Shown one piece after another: positions 50,188 to 60,175 of a stretch of DNA of 64,000 nt. The notes under the pieces were generated by a model that worked only from the letters and a program-made list of their open reading frames with translations, had not been told where the DNA came from and searched no databases. Numbering within the stretch: position 1 is the stretch's first letter; each line of letters begins with the position of its first letter. Position numbers and translations under genes: made by a program. This stretch comes from Nitrosopumilaceae archaeon (lineage in GTDB: Archaea > Thermoproteota > Nitrososphaeria > Nitrososphaerales > Nitrosopumilaceae), in contig OZ242274.1 in NCBI GenBank assembly GCA_965207375.1, positions 2,080,001 to 2,144,000 on the forward strand. The letters are read 5' to 3'.

Positions 50188-51033
50188 TTAACCAAATTGG
50201 CCTTGCACATATTTAGCAGTTAGATCATTTTTAGGATCTTCGAAGAGCTTTTTTGTTTCTCTAAACTCGATTAGGTCTCCAAGATACATAAATCCGGTAT
50301 AATCAGAAACACGAACTGCCTGCTGCATGTTGTGTGTTACTATAATTATTGTAAAGTCCTTTTTTAGCTCAGTTATGGTCTCTTCGATTTTTTGTGTGGC
50401 AATTGGGTCTAATGCAGAGGCTGGTTCGTCCATCAGCAACACCTCAGGCTGAATTGCTAGCGCCCTTGCAATACAGAGGCGCTGCTGTTGGCCGCCGGAT
50501 AGCTCAATTGCTGATTTTTTCAAATCGTTTTTTACCTCATCCCACAGGTACGCCATTTTAAGAGAGTCCTCAACAATTTCGTTGAGGATTTTTTTATCCT
50601 TTACGCCGTTTAGTTTCAGACCAGATGTCACGTTATCATAGATGGACATTGTCGGAAATGGATTTGGCTTTTGAAACACCATTCCTACCTTTCTTCTGTG
50701 ATATATTGGATTAATGTCATTTGAGTACAAATCAATGTCGTCAATCATCACCTTGCCTCTGACCTTGGCATTCTTTGTCATGTCGTGCATTCTGTTTAGA
50801 CATCTAAGAAATGTGGTTTTTCCACAGCCTGATGGACCAATTAGTGCAGTTACAGATCTTTCTGGAAACTTCATATTGATGTTTCGTACCGCATCAACTC
50901 CACTATACGAGATGGTCACATCTTGAGCTACCATTTTGTATTTGGTTTTATCAATTGGATCATTATTCATTGTAGGTCTAGTTGCTATGGGCTCAGATTC
51001 TATTGCTTTTGTTTCTATCGACAACGCCATCAT
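50188..51033 (-). CDS. pstB: Phosphate ABC transporter ATPase
   Basis: GPSGCGKT, FQKPNPFP, LSGGQQQRLCIAR, YVQGQFG. Confidence 0.96.
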   Translation of the reverse strand: MMALSIETKAIESEPIATRPTMNNDPIDKTKYKMVAQDVTISYSGVDAVRNINMKFPERSVTALIGPSGCGKTTFLRCLNRMHDMTKNAKVRGKVMIDDIDLYSNDINPIYHRRKVGMVFQKPNPFPTMSIYDNVTSGLKLNGVKDKKILNEIVEDSLKMAYLWDEVKNDLKKSAIELSGGQQQRLCIARALAIQPEVLLMDEPASALDPIATQKIEETITELKKDFTIIIVTHNMQQAVRVSDYTGFMYLGDLIEFRETKKLFEDPKNDLTAKYVQGQFG

Positions 51034-51959
51034 CTTCTACCCATAGCCCTAAGAAAAAGTATTCTGCCCTTGGCAGAAAATTTCGAGTTATCTCCAAGCA
51101 CAGTGTATCTGACTACCAAATTAATTATCATAATTATTATAATTAAGACAAGAGCTGCGCCCCATCCGTGTTCCTGTGCGCCCTCATAAGGCAGCAACGA
51201 CATTGTCCAGATTCTAAGAGGTAAGGCATCCATAGGTACGTCAAATCCACCAAAAAATTGACTGCTTCCAAGTATGGTAAACAGTAAAGGGGCAGTCTCC
51301 CCGCTGATTCGAGACACTGCCAAAAGTATGCCTGTGATCATTCCACTTTTTGCAGCAGATATTACGATTCTAGTGGTAATTACCCATCTTTTGAGTCCCA
51401 AGGCAACTCCTGCCTCACGATAAGTATATGGAACCATTTTGAGTGACTCTTCTGTAGTTCGCGTAACAATTGGGAACATTATCAAGGCAAGAGCAAAGGC
51501 ACCTGCCCAAATTGAAAAGTGGCCCAACACCAACACAATTAGCAAAAATGCAAATATTCCAATTACAATTGAGGGAAATTCCATAAAGACATCATTGAAG
51601 AATCTGACTGTACGTGCAAGTTTGTTGTCTCCAAATTCTGCAAGAAATATGCCTGACATGACACCTATTGGAACACCTAGTAGGCTGGCCATACCTACAA
51701 CAATGAATGTACCTTGGATTGCAGGCCCGATTCCACCCTCTCCGCTTCCTACTGCACCAGGAACCTCGGTCAAAAATTCAATGCTAAGGGCTGTAACTCC
51801 GTTTCTTACAACCTCAATTAGAATACTGCCCAACGGGACAATTGCCACGATAACTGTTACAAAGATGATAACTCGGACTATTTTGTCCATTACGAGTCGA
51901 TTCTTGACGTTTTCTCTAAACAGGGAGCGATAGAACTGGCGTCTTGCCTGATCAGTCAA
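51030..51959 (-). CDS. pstA: Phosphate ABC transporter permease
   Basis: GGIGPAI, PSIVIG, TEESL..VP, SGETAPL. Confidence 0.93.
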   Translation of the reverse strand: MTDQARRQFYRSLFRENVKNRLVMDKIVRVIIFVTVIVAIVPLGSILIEVVRNGVTALSIEFLTEVPGAVGSGEGGIGPAIQGTFIVVGMASLLGVPIGVMSGIFLAEFGDNKLARTVRFFNDVFMEFPSIVIGIFAFLLIVLVLGHFSIWAGAFALALIMFPIVTRTTEESLKMVPYTYREAGVALGLKRWVITTRIVISAAKSGMITGILLAVSRISGETAPLLFTILGSSQFFGGFDVPMDALPLRIWTMSLLPYEGAQEHGWGAALVLIIIIMIINLVVRYTVLGDNSKFSAKGRILFLRAMGRR

Positions 51960-52918
51960 TTGTTAATGGCGCCCTCCTTGACTTTTAACATTCGTGTTAC
52001 AAGCATGTGTGCAACCACGTTTATGGTCATTGCAAGACCAAGTAGAATCAGGGCCAGACCAAGCAATGCAGGAACCTGTAGGGTTCCAGGAGTAGCCTCG
52101 GCAAATTCATTTGCCAAAATACTGGCAATGGATTGGGCAGGATCAAACAAAGTGCCCACAATTGCGCGTTCTCCGATGGCATTGCCAATCAACATGGTAA
52201 CTGCCATAGTTTCGCCAACTGCGCGACCCAAGCCGAGAATGGATGCGCCAATCAGACCGGTTTTAGAATATGGAAAAACTGCAAGTTTGAACATTTCCCA
52301 TTTGGTGGCTCCAAGCATGTATGCAGCCTCCTTTTGCTGCTGTGGTACTGCCTTCATAATCTCTCTAGAGACTGCAGAGACTGTTGGAATTATCATAATT
52401 GCCAAAATTATACTTGCAGTTAGAATGTCCAAGCCAAAGGGACGTGAATCTAAGAACCAAACATAGTCGCCAAATGTTTCATAAAGCGGCATCTCAAAGT
52501 TGTCGCGGAAAAATTCCCTGAAAATAAACAGTCCCCACAATCCATAGATCACACTAGGAACGGCTGCAAGTAGTTCTACAATAAAGCCTAGAGGGGCACC
52601 AATTTTTGGTGGGGCGTCTGAGAGAAACATTGCAATTCCAATGCTTATTGGAACGCCGATTGCCATTGCAAGTCCTGCTGTAACCAAGGTACCAAAGATG
52701 TAAGGTAGTGCGCCAAATGATTCCCTTCCCTCCACTGCATTCCAATCAGTTTTTGTGATAAAGGAGAGTCCATCTTCTTCCCAGATGGGCCAAGATTCAG
52801 TTGTTAGTTGAAAAACCATCAAGACGATCATTACTAAAACAAAGACACCTGCAAGCATAGAACCCATTTTGAATAATCTGTCAGATATGGGATTACGCTG
52901 TTTGATTTGTGATATCAT
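51956..52918 (-). CDS. pstC: Phosphate ABC transporter permease
   Basis: ELLAAVPSVIYGLWG, GRAVGETMAV, LANEF. Confidence 0.94.
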   Translation of the reverse strand: MISQIKQRNPISDRLFKMGSMLAGVFVLVMIVLMVFQLTTESWPIWEEDGLSFITKTDWNAVEGRESFGALPYIFGTLVTAGLAMAIGVPISIGIAMFLSDAPPKIGAPLGFIVELLAAVPSVIYGLWGLFIFREFFRDNFEMPLYETFGDYVWFLDSRPFGLDILTASIILAIMIIPTVSAVSREIMKAVPQQQKEAAYMLGATKWEMFKLAVFPYSKTGLIGASILGLGRAVGETMAVTMLIGNAIGERAIVGTLFDPAQSIASILANEFAEATPGTLQVPALLGLALILLGLAMTINVVAHMLVTRMLKVKEGAINN

Positions 52919-53033
52919 AAAATATTGCCAAAACTGACAGATATCTAGTATCTGACTATACTTTATGCGAAGATTATATGGCTATATAGATCATCTACTA
53001 AATTGTAATTTCCAATCGATCTAAACTAAAAAC

Positions 53034-54092
53034 ATGCTAAAGGATGTGCAAAACGCCAGCCAGACAAGGCGTCTGCAGTTAAGCGGAGGTTCCACATATA
53101 TCGTATCACTGCCCAAAGTCTGGGTTGATGAATTAAAAATCAAGACAGGTCAAAACGTTACAATGGTAAAAAATACAAATCGATCGCTTACCTTATTTTC
53201 TGAAAATGAGGAACAAACAATCAAGTCAAAAGCAGTAATTAAGACAGGTCAAAAAGATTCTCCAGAATCAATAAAACGAAAAATAATTGCAGCATATCTT
53301 GCAGGGTACAAATCAATTCAAATTAAATCAATTGGAATGAGAATACAAACAGCGCACGCAAGGGCAATTCGCACCCTTGTAAGAACCACCATGATAGGAA
53401 CTGAAATAGTAGAATCAAGCTCAGAGACGATAATAATTCAAATTTTGACAAGATTGCCAGAGTTGTCATTTGAAACTGCCCTGAAGAGAATGTATCTAAT
53501 GGCAGTAAACATGCACAAAGAGGCAGTAGAGGCATTTTCTGAAGTAAATATTGCCCACAGTGAGGAAATCATAAACATGGATGACGAGGTGGACAGATTT
53601 AGCCTGTATATGAGGCGAAACTTGGTAATGTCAATTGAAAATGCAAGGGCATTACAGGATATGGGACTGCAAAAAGCATCGGATTGTTTGGGATACAGAG
53701 CAGTAATTGGTAGGATTGAAAGAATAGCAGATCACGCAGTACTAATTGCAAAGCGAGTAAAGTTTGTTGAAGGAAAAATAGATTCGATAATTTTGAGAAA
53801 AATAACAGTAATCAGTGATCAAGCGTTGCAGGTGTTTGAAAATGCAGTTACAGCATTGGAGAAAAAAGACTATCAGATGGCTGAAATGGTGGCAGACGAG
53901 GTAAGAGAGGTGGTAGAAAGAGAAAAGACAATAATGTCAAAGGTCAAAGATTCTTCAAAAAATTCAGGCGTCATAAGATTCGTACTAGAAGATATTAGAA
54001 GAGTGGCAGAGTATTCTAGCGATATTGCAGAGGTGGCAATTGATGAGAACATAGATTCAGTAATTTGTAACAGCGCAGGCCCTAGTTCCTAA
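53034..54092 (+). CDS. Archaeal phosphate regulator (AbrB-like N-terminus plus two PhoU domains)
   Basis: RRLQLSGGSTYIVSLPK.W, DDEVDR, IERIADHA. Confidence 0.9.
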   Translation: MLKDVQNASQTRRLQLSGGSTYIVSLPKVWVDELKIKTGQNVTMVKNTNRSLTLFSENEEQTIKSKAVIKTGQKDSPESIKRKIIAAYLAGYKSIQIKSIGMRIQTAHARAIRTLVRTTMIGTEIVESSSETIIIQILTRLPELSFETALKRMYLMAVNMHKEAVEAFSEVNIAHSEEIINMDDEVDRFSLYMRRNLVMSIENARALQDMGLQKASDCLGYRAVIGRIERIADHAVLIAKRVKFVEGKIDSIILRKITVISDQALQVFENAVTALEKKDYQMAEMVADEVREVVEREKTIMSKVKDSSKNSGVIRFVLEDIRRVAEYSSDIAEVAIDENIDSVICNSAGPSS

Positions 54093-54517
54093 AGGATTAT
54101 TATATTCAGAATAGATGTTTTACCTGAAATGGATCTTTATTCTAAAACAGTTCTCAAGTTAGGTACAACACTACAAACTTTCTAGAGAATCCCCACATTT
54201 TTTTAATCTGATCGGGTATTTTCTGTTTTTTACCGTGATTTTGATGTTTTTTAACATGACAAATGTAGAATGATTCTTGTAACTTTTTGCCAATAATGCA
54301 AACACAAAATCAGGCACCTTTGAGACGCCGATTTGCTTCAATAGATTTAATGTTTCATCGGTACTGTTCTCAAACTTTTTTTTGATGTGTTCTACATCAA
54401 GAGATCTACTTTTTAGTTCAATTAAGGAAACAATAAGTCCAGATCAACGGTTAGCTCTGACAAATCCAAAAATTTGTGTCGCATCATAAATTCAAAACCA
54501 TTTTGAAGATAAAAAAA

Positions 54518-54720
54518 GATAACTGTTAGTGTTGTTTTGACATTATGATATTAGGCATATTTTGTAGTCAAAAAATAAAACAAAATCTAGTCGTGATGTT
54601 AACACTTGACTTTTCTGGTATCGGTTAACGTTGTTTTAAATTTATGGTAACTTTAGATACGAAATTACTTTGTCGACAAAAAATAAAAATTTAGGCGTGA
54701 CGTTAACACTTGACTTTTTT
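54518..54720. repeat. Two degenerate tandem units of ~104 bp
   Basis: GTTAACACTTGACTTTT at 54598 and 54702, each preceded by CAAAAAATAAAA and GTTGTTTT. Confidence 0.7.
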
Positions 54721-54873
54721 TGTGATTAAGCGCACTCTAGCTATAACTATGACATGAGAAGAGAAATTTTGAAACCCAGAATCAGTTGATGTTTTATTTG
54801 AACTATAACGAATATAATAAAAATACATGCAAGCGTTTACTGCAATGTCAATTCAGATAGTCATGAATTAGAG

Positions 54874-56172
54874 CAGTTAACCCACCAGTAGATAACAAGT
54901 AACGATATTCGTCAAAAAAAATAAACCGAAACAGATCAATAAGGCCCGCCTCTGAAGATTTGATATGAAACAAAACCAAAAGAGGCTGACAATATAATGG
55001 ATAATCCACTCACATATCAAAATATCGCCGCACCTTTGAAGAAATTCATAGAATTGTGCGGCATCATATCAGACCACGACAACAAAGAGCACGATGCATC
55101 AGATATGACAAAGATAATGACTGGAGCCGCAGCTTTGACTGCATCAGCAGGAGGATATGCAGAAGGCAAGAGAAAAGCAACAGGTACATCTGGAGGGGAT
55201 GAATGGGTAAGAAAGGCATTTGCACGTGCAGACCCAGAAACTGTACAAAATGCATTTGATGAGATAATAGAATATCAACTAAATCAGCTCAAAAAACTCA
55301 AGAATGACAACACTCCAATTATAATGGCATTTGACAAACACCTCATACCAAGATATGATAAAAACCCAGGTCCTGAACTGTTACGTTCCAAAAGCAAAAA
55401 AGGTACATGGAAGTTTGAAGGGTACATCACAGCACAGTGCGTTGACCCAGGACTTAGAATGACTCTAGCTGCATATCCAATCGGTGCAGGCGAGTCAACT
55501 GCTGATTTTGTGCGTAAAATCGTGTATAAATGCCAAAGTTTTGGCATTCCGATCAAATGTGTTTTGATGGACAGGGAGTTTTTTGTAGTTGAGACACTAG
55601 ATGCAATGGATAAGGCAAAGCAGACCTACATGACTCCATGTAAAAACACGCACAATGTGGTAACAGCACTTGACGAGTTTGACGCAAAGGTTCGTGATGG
55701 AAAATCTGAATGCATACTTGAGAATCATAACAAGGCTGTAAAATATATCATGATGATAGTAAAGCGCACTGCCCGCAAATGTAAACACGGCAAGTCGTGT
55801 CAGGATTGCAAGCCAGAAAAACCAAGTGAAAAATATATTGGATTTGCGGCTAACTCAAACGAACTAGACGTTGCAGCATACATGAAAAGATGGGGCATTG
55901 AAACAGGGTATCGCATGATTGAGGATCTTCGAGTAAAAACCCGCAGTACTCGTCCTGGTGCAAGATTGCTGTGTTTTACAGCATCAATCATACTGTATAA
56001 TCAATGGGTGGTAATTAATGCAGAATCTGGTTTTGGATTGAATGACTCTAAATGGTATGGAATTTCATTTGTTACACTTGAGTTTAAAATTGCAATGATA
56101 TACGAATATCAGATCAATCCAAAGCCTCCGCCGGATATTACAGTAGATTCTGCGTTGCTGGTGGGTTAACTG
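54874..56172 (+). mobile_element. ISH3-family IS, 1299 bp, apparently intact
   Basis: Perfect 15-bp TIR CAGTTAACCCACCAG; 5-bp TSD TAGAG at 54869-54873 and 56173-56177. Confidence 0.93.
54997..56169 (+). CDS. ISH3-family transposase
   Basis: AFDKH, LMDREF, Y.KRWGIETGY motifs; stop codon lies within the TIR. Confidence 0.9.
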   Translation: MDNPLTYQNIAAPLKKFIELCGIISDHDNKEHDASDMTKIMTGAAALTASAGGYAEGKRKATGTSGGDEWVRKAFARADPETVQNAFDEIIEYQLNQLKKLKNDNTPIIMAFDKHLIPRYDKNPGPELLRSKSKKGTWKFEGYITAQCVDPGLRMTLAAYPIGAGESTADFVRKIVYKCQSFGIPIKCVLMDREFFVVETLDAMDKAKQTYMTPCKNTHNVVTALDEFDAKVRDGKSECILENHNKAVKYIMMIVKRTARKCKHGKSCQDCKPEKPSEKYIGFAANSNELDVAAYMKRWGIETGYRMIEDLRVKTRSTRPGARLLCFTASIILYNQWVVINAESGFGLNDSKWYGISFVTLEFKIAMIYEYQINPKPPPDITVDSALLVG

Positions 56173-56354
56173 TAGAGGCAGAAGGATTGAAATTATCCAA
56201 AATACTAATTTTTTAGATTTGTTTATGATTCCAGTGTGGAACTATAAGAGAATGATCACTTGCCGTGTATGTTACAATATCATCAAGTTGACTACATCAC
56301 AGCTGTGTACAGTGTGAAATAATTAAAAATAAAAATTGGAAAATAGAGTTGAAG

Positions 56355-57668
56355 TTATACCTTGAGGATGCCCTGTGAAATCAGAAATTGCAGACCGTTG
56401 ATGTAATCTTGATCAGTTATCAGTCCATCAGCCCACAATCTTGCGTTCTCTTTTATCCAGTTTGGAATTTTATAGCTAGTTGCAGTATCAGATGGAACCA
56501 TCTGATTTTCTTGCATCATAGTTTCAAAGGATGTACAGGGTATATCTTTTGCATTATCATAGTCAAATACTGACTGACCATCATATGTGACTCGTGCTAA
56601 ACCTTGCTTTCCTATCTCAGTTACACTTTCAGGTATTGGCACATACAACAAACTAGAAGAGTGCTTTTGTCCGTCAGTAATCATCCAGTGTATCATGTGG
56701 ACTATGGTGTCAGCCAGATCCTTGTTTCCCTTTACTGTTTTGTCAAGTTCTTCATACAGTAGCAAGTAGGTAAAACTTGCAATCGGATACGAATTTGCTC
56801 CGGGAGCATTAACTATTGTTACCTTACTCCAATCACAATGAGCGGCAGGTAAGAAATCAACAGTGCCTGCAGATGCAGCAGATAGTGTCTTCAATGTTGG
56901 GGGGACAAATGCAGTTCCGTCACCGTTTTGAACATGTACAAAATTCATGTTGTTTTGGAATGCATATGCTAACTCAATGTATCCAATTGAATACGGAGTC
57001 GAACGAACGTGAAGTGTTACACCTTCGTTACCTTTGCCACCTATACCCTGTGGCCATTGAACACTCTTTCCTTTTCCTATTTCTTTTTCAAATTCTGGAC
57101 TTGTAGTAGACAGATAGTCGGTGAAGATAAACGTCGTACCAGAACCATCAGAACGATATACCTGAACTATATCCTCATCTGGTAAATCAAGATCAGGATT
57201 GATAGCTACAATTTGAGGATCATTCCATTTGGTGATTTTATCCAAAAAGATATCTGCAATAATCTCACCGGTTAACTGTAGGCCGCTTTGTGGCACTTCG
57301 GGCAAATTGTATGCAATTACTACCCCACCGATTGCTTCAGGAATATGCAATGTTTTAGGAGCTTGTTTTGCTTCACTGCCTAATGGCTTGTCTGATGCGG
57401 CAAAATTAACGGTTTTCTCAATGTGTTGTCTGATTCCGCCACCACTTCCAATGGACTGATAGTTTAGATTTACATTATCAAACTCGTTTTTGTATTCTAC
57501 CCTCCATAGATCAATTAATGGGAATGGAAATGATGCACCTGCGCCTATGACACTGAAATCCTTTTCAGGATCAGGTGGTGAAGGAGCAGATTCGGCATTC
57601 ACACTCGGAGGCAGGACTGCTAGCAATACAGTCATAGCAAGTATGGCTGTGAGTTTTTGTCTCGTCAT
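56355..57668 (-). CDS. pstS: Phosphate ABC transporter substrate-binding protein with a C-terminal thaumarchaeal IPxWIK domain
   Basis: GAGASFP, YQSIGSGGG, RSDGSGTT, GKGNEGV, YPI; tail IPNWIKENARLWADG. Confidence 0.95.
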   Translation of the reverse strand: MTRQKLTAILAMTVLLAVLPPSVNAESAPSPPDPEKDFSVIGAGASFPFPLIDLWRVEYKNEFDNVNLNYQSIGSGGGIRQHIEKTVNFAASDKPLGSEAKQAPKTLHIPEAIGGVVIAYNLPEVPQSGLQLTGEIIADIFLDKITKWNDPQIVAINPDLDLPDEDIVQVYRSDGSGTTFIFTDYLSTTSPEFEKEIGKGKSVQWPQGIGGKGNEGVTLHVRSTPYSIGYIELAYAFQNNMNFVHVQNGDGTAFVPPTLKTLSAASAGTVDFLPAAHCDWSKVTIVNAPGANSYPIASFTYLLLYEELDKTVKGNKDLADTIVHMIHWMITDGQKHSSSLLYVPIPESVTEIGKQGLARVTYDGQSVFDYDNAKDIPCTSFETMMQENQMVPSDTATSYKIPNWIKENARLWADGLITDQDYINGLQFLISQGILKV

Positions 57669-57756
57669 TAAAAATTCACAAGAAATATTGCATATACGGA
57701 TTACAATAATAGATTACGAAATAACATGATCAACACAGTTACTATATAGTTGGCCT

Positions 57757-59190
57757 TTATGACTCACAGTTTGAGATTAGATCCGCACCTATAGTATCTG
57801 CTGCAATACAAACATCATTATCACTGCCGCCATCAATAGAATCCAAGCCGTAATTTCCATAAATGGTGTCATTTCCTGCAGAACCCTTTAGGATGTCGTT
57901 TCCTTTATCGCCAAAGATTCCATCAGAGCCATCATTGCCAAAAATAATGTCATCGCCGTCTCCACCAAATATACAGTCATTGCCCCCATATCCAGATACA
58001 ATGTCATTTCCACCCAATGCAAATATCAGGTCAGCAGAATCGGTTCCCTCAATAATGTCGTTTCCCTCAGTACCTGTAATCACATTGTAAGAGTCAAGAG
58101 ACAGACCACATGCATCAAATCTTACCGCTGTTGTATCATCGGGTCTTGGTGTCTCAGGTGTAACATCAGATTCATTTTCGATATATTCTGGAGCCGTCTC
58201 GGGTTTGTCCTCAACAGATTCTACAGCCGCCTTAGAGTCAACAGATGACTTGTCAACAAATGGAGTGTTGAATTTGAATATCTTGTGTCCAAGCAAATCA
58301 ACTGCATGCAGATGTCCTGTCTCACTTAACATGATGTCGTTACCAGAGCTTAAAAAGTCTCCAAAGGGCCCTAGACGTTCATGAACCATCAATGTCGTAT
58401 GAGTATCTTGTTCCAAATGCAAAATTCTGTCATCAATGGAATTTAGAATAAACAAAGAATCATCAGGTCCGAGGGCAACAGAGATTGGGGCAAATGCCCA
58501 GCCGTTTGCATAAAATTTTATAGTATCAAGAAGATTTCCGTTAGAATCAAACTTTTCTATTTTGCCATTTCCTTTATCGGCAGCATATACATTTCCTTGA
58601 GAATCAACAGAGACATCAGACAGGTGCAAAAATTCCCCGTTGTCCTTGCCTGCTGTTCCAAAAGAGGATATAAAGATGCCATTATGAGAAAATGCCTGAA
58701 TTCTTTGATTTCCAGAATCAGCCACATATACGGTACCATTAATTCCAACGGCAACAGAGGTGGGAAAGTAAAATTTACCATCATCTGTTCCGCGTTCTCC
58801 CCATTGAGAGATATATTTCCCATTTAGATCAAATACCTGAATACGATTCAGGTCACGATCCACAACATATACAAGGTTTTGATTAATTGCAATTCCTGCA
58901 GGCTCGTGAAACTCTCCTGGTCCGGTGCCACTGCGTCCCCACTGGTCAAGATAGACTCCTTCTGAAGCAAATTTTTGTACGCGCTTGTTTCCCAAATCAG
59001 TTACATACAAGTTTCCTTCTGAATCTTCTGCTATGTGTTGGGGATGAGACATTCTGCCTTCGTAAAGTATTCCAAACCTTCCAAAAGTATCAACATGTTC
59101 GTAATTAAATACTGCATATGATGCAGGAGTTATGCTGCCTGCTAGCAAAATTCCAAAGATTATAGCAATTATAGGAGTTGCAGCCCTCAA
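57757..59190 (-). CDS. Secreted NHL-repeat beta-propeller protein with C-terminal RTX-type Ca2+-binding repeats
   Basis: Signal peptide; repeats F..P..IA...YV.D.GN.RIQ.F; GGNDxxx nonapeptide repeats. Confidence 0.88.
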   Translation of the reverse strand: MRAATPIIAIIFGILLAGSITPASYAVFNYEHVDTFGRFGILYEGRMSHPQHIAEDSEGNLYVTDLGNKRVQKFASEGVYLDQWGRSGTGPGEFHEPAGIAINQNLVYVVDRDLNRIQVFDLNGKYISQWGERGTDDGKFYFPTSVAVGINGTVYVADSGNQRIQAFSHNGIFISSFGTAGKDNGEFLHLSDVSVDSQGNVYAADKGNGKIEKFDSNGNLLDTIKFYANGWAFAPISVALGPDDSLFILNSIDDRILHLEQDTHTTLMVHERLGPFGDFLSSGNDIMLSETGHLHAVDLLGHKIFKFNTPFVDKSSVDSKAAVESVEDKPETAPEYIENESDVTPETPRPDDTTAVRFDACGLSLDSYNVITGTEGNDIIEGTDSADLIFALGGNDIVSGYGGNDCIFGGDGDDIIFGNDGSDGIFGDKGNDILKGSAGNDTIYGNYGLDSIDGGSDNDVCIAADTIGADLISNCES

Positions 59191-59398
59191 TGATGTATAG
59201 TTTCAAAGTTTAAGGAATACCACAAAAGTTAGTATTTGTTGTGTTTTTAGTCAAATTTCTAGTCAGCTTCAGAAAGGTTGTCTTTGGGTACCATGTCCAA
59301 AATACCATCAAAGTTCTAGGCTTTGAAAATACTAGAACTAGTCATTACGTCCTCTGGATCAAAACCTGTCTTTGGCAAGATTCCTGTGAACATGCGTT

Positions 59399-60175
59399 TT
59401 AGAAGGGCTTGTTGACTTCACGCGTAAAGACATAGCTTGCAATCAAAACCATAGTCAGAACAAATGCGGCAATTACGCCTATGCTCAATACAGCAGAGAC
59501 GCCTTCGTTTATTCCAGTCATCATGCCACGAACCAGCAGTACAGTGTAGGTAACAGGATTAAGTCTAGCCAACGTCTCCAACCAGTTAGGTAGTAGTTCC
59601 AATGGAAACAGAGCAGGGCTTAACATGAATAGCGGCATTCCAAGAAAATTTATCATGCCCCAAAAGGTTTCCTGAGATTTTGCAGTGGCAGCTATTGTAA
59701 CAGAAATGCCAGAGAAACCCAGTGAAAATAAAATAACTATTGCCATTATAGGTGCAATCATCAACGGATTTGGAAAGTTGACGCCTATAGCTAGAGCAAT
59801 TCCCAAAATCAGACTTGCTTGCAAGGCAGCAATCAAGGAAATTGCAAGCATCTTTCCTAGTGCCAAAGATGACCTAGATATTGGAGAGGTCAGTGCTTTA
59901 TTCATGAATCCGTATCTTCGGTCCCATAACGTGTTGACACCGCCAAAGATGCTTGTAAAAATCGCAGTTAAAATTATAACACCTGGCGCCATAAACTCAA
60001 TGTATTCGCCCTCAAAACCCACAGATTGAATCAGTGGTTGAGTTCCTGCAAAGGTATTTCCGATAACTATTATCCAGACGGCAGGCTGGATTAATCTGAT
60101 CAAAACGCCGCTGCGGGATTTTTTGTAGCGTTTCATTTCCCGCCAGAATATTGCATATGTATCAGAAAGAATCAT
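59399..60175 (-). CDS. ABC-2 type exporter permease
   Basis: Six TM helices, DRRYG, LS.ALFP..LP.WL, NPVTY. Confidence 0.9.
   Translation of the reverse strand: MILSDTYAIFWREMKRYKKSRSGVLIRLIQPAVWIIVIGNTFAGTQPLIQSVGFEGEYIEFMAPGVIILTAIFTSIFGGVNTLWDRRYGFMNKALTSPISRSSLALGKMLAISLIAALQASLILGIALAIGVNFPNPLMIAPIMAIVILFSLGFSGISVTIAATAKSQETFWGMINFLGMPLFMLSPALFPLELLPNWLETLARLNPVTYTVLLVRGMMTGINEGVSAVLSIGVIAAFVLTMVLIASYVFTREVNKPF

Noticed and set aside
51439-52466. Long antisense ORFs over pstA/pstC (and similar ones elsewhere in the ORF track)
   Set aside because: Shadow ORFs of well-supported genes on the opposite strand
54170-54420. Possible decayed ISH3 transposase fragment on the minus strand
   Set aside because: Only a vague resemblance, without TIRs or intact catalytic motifs
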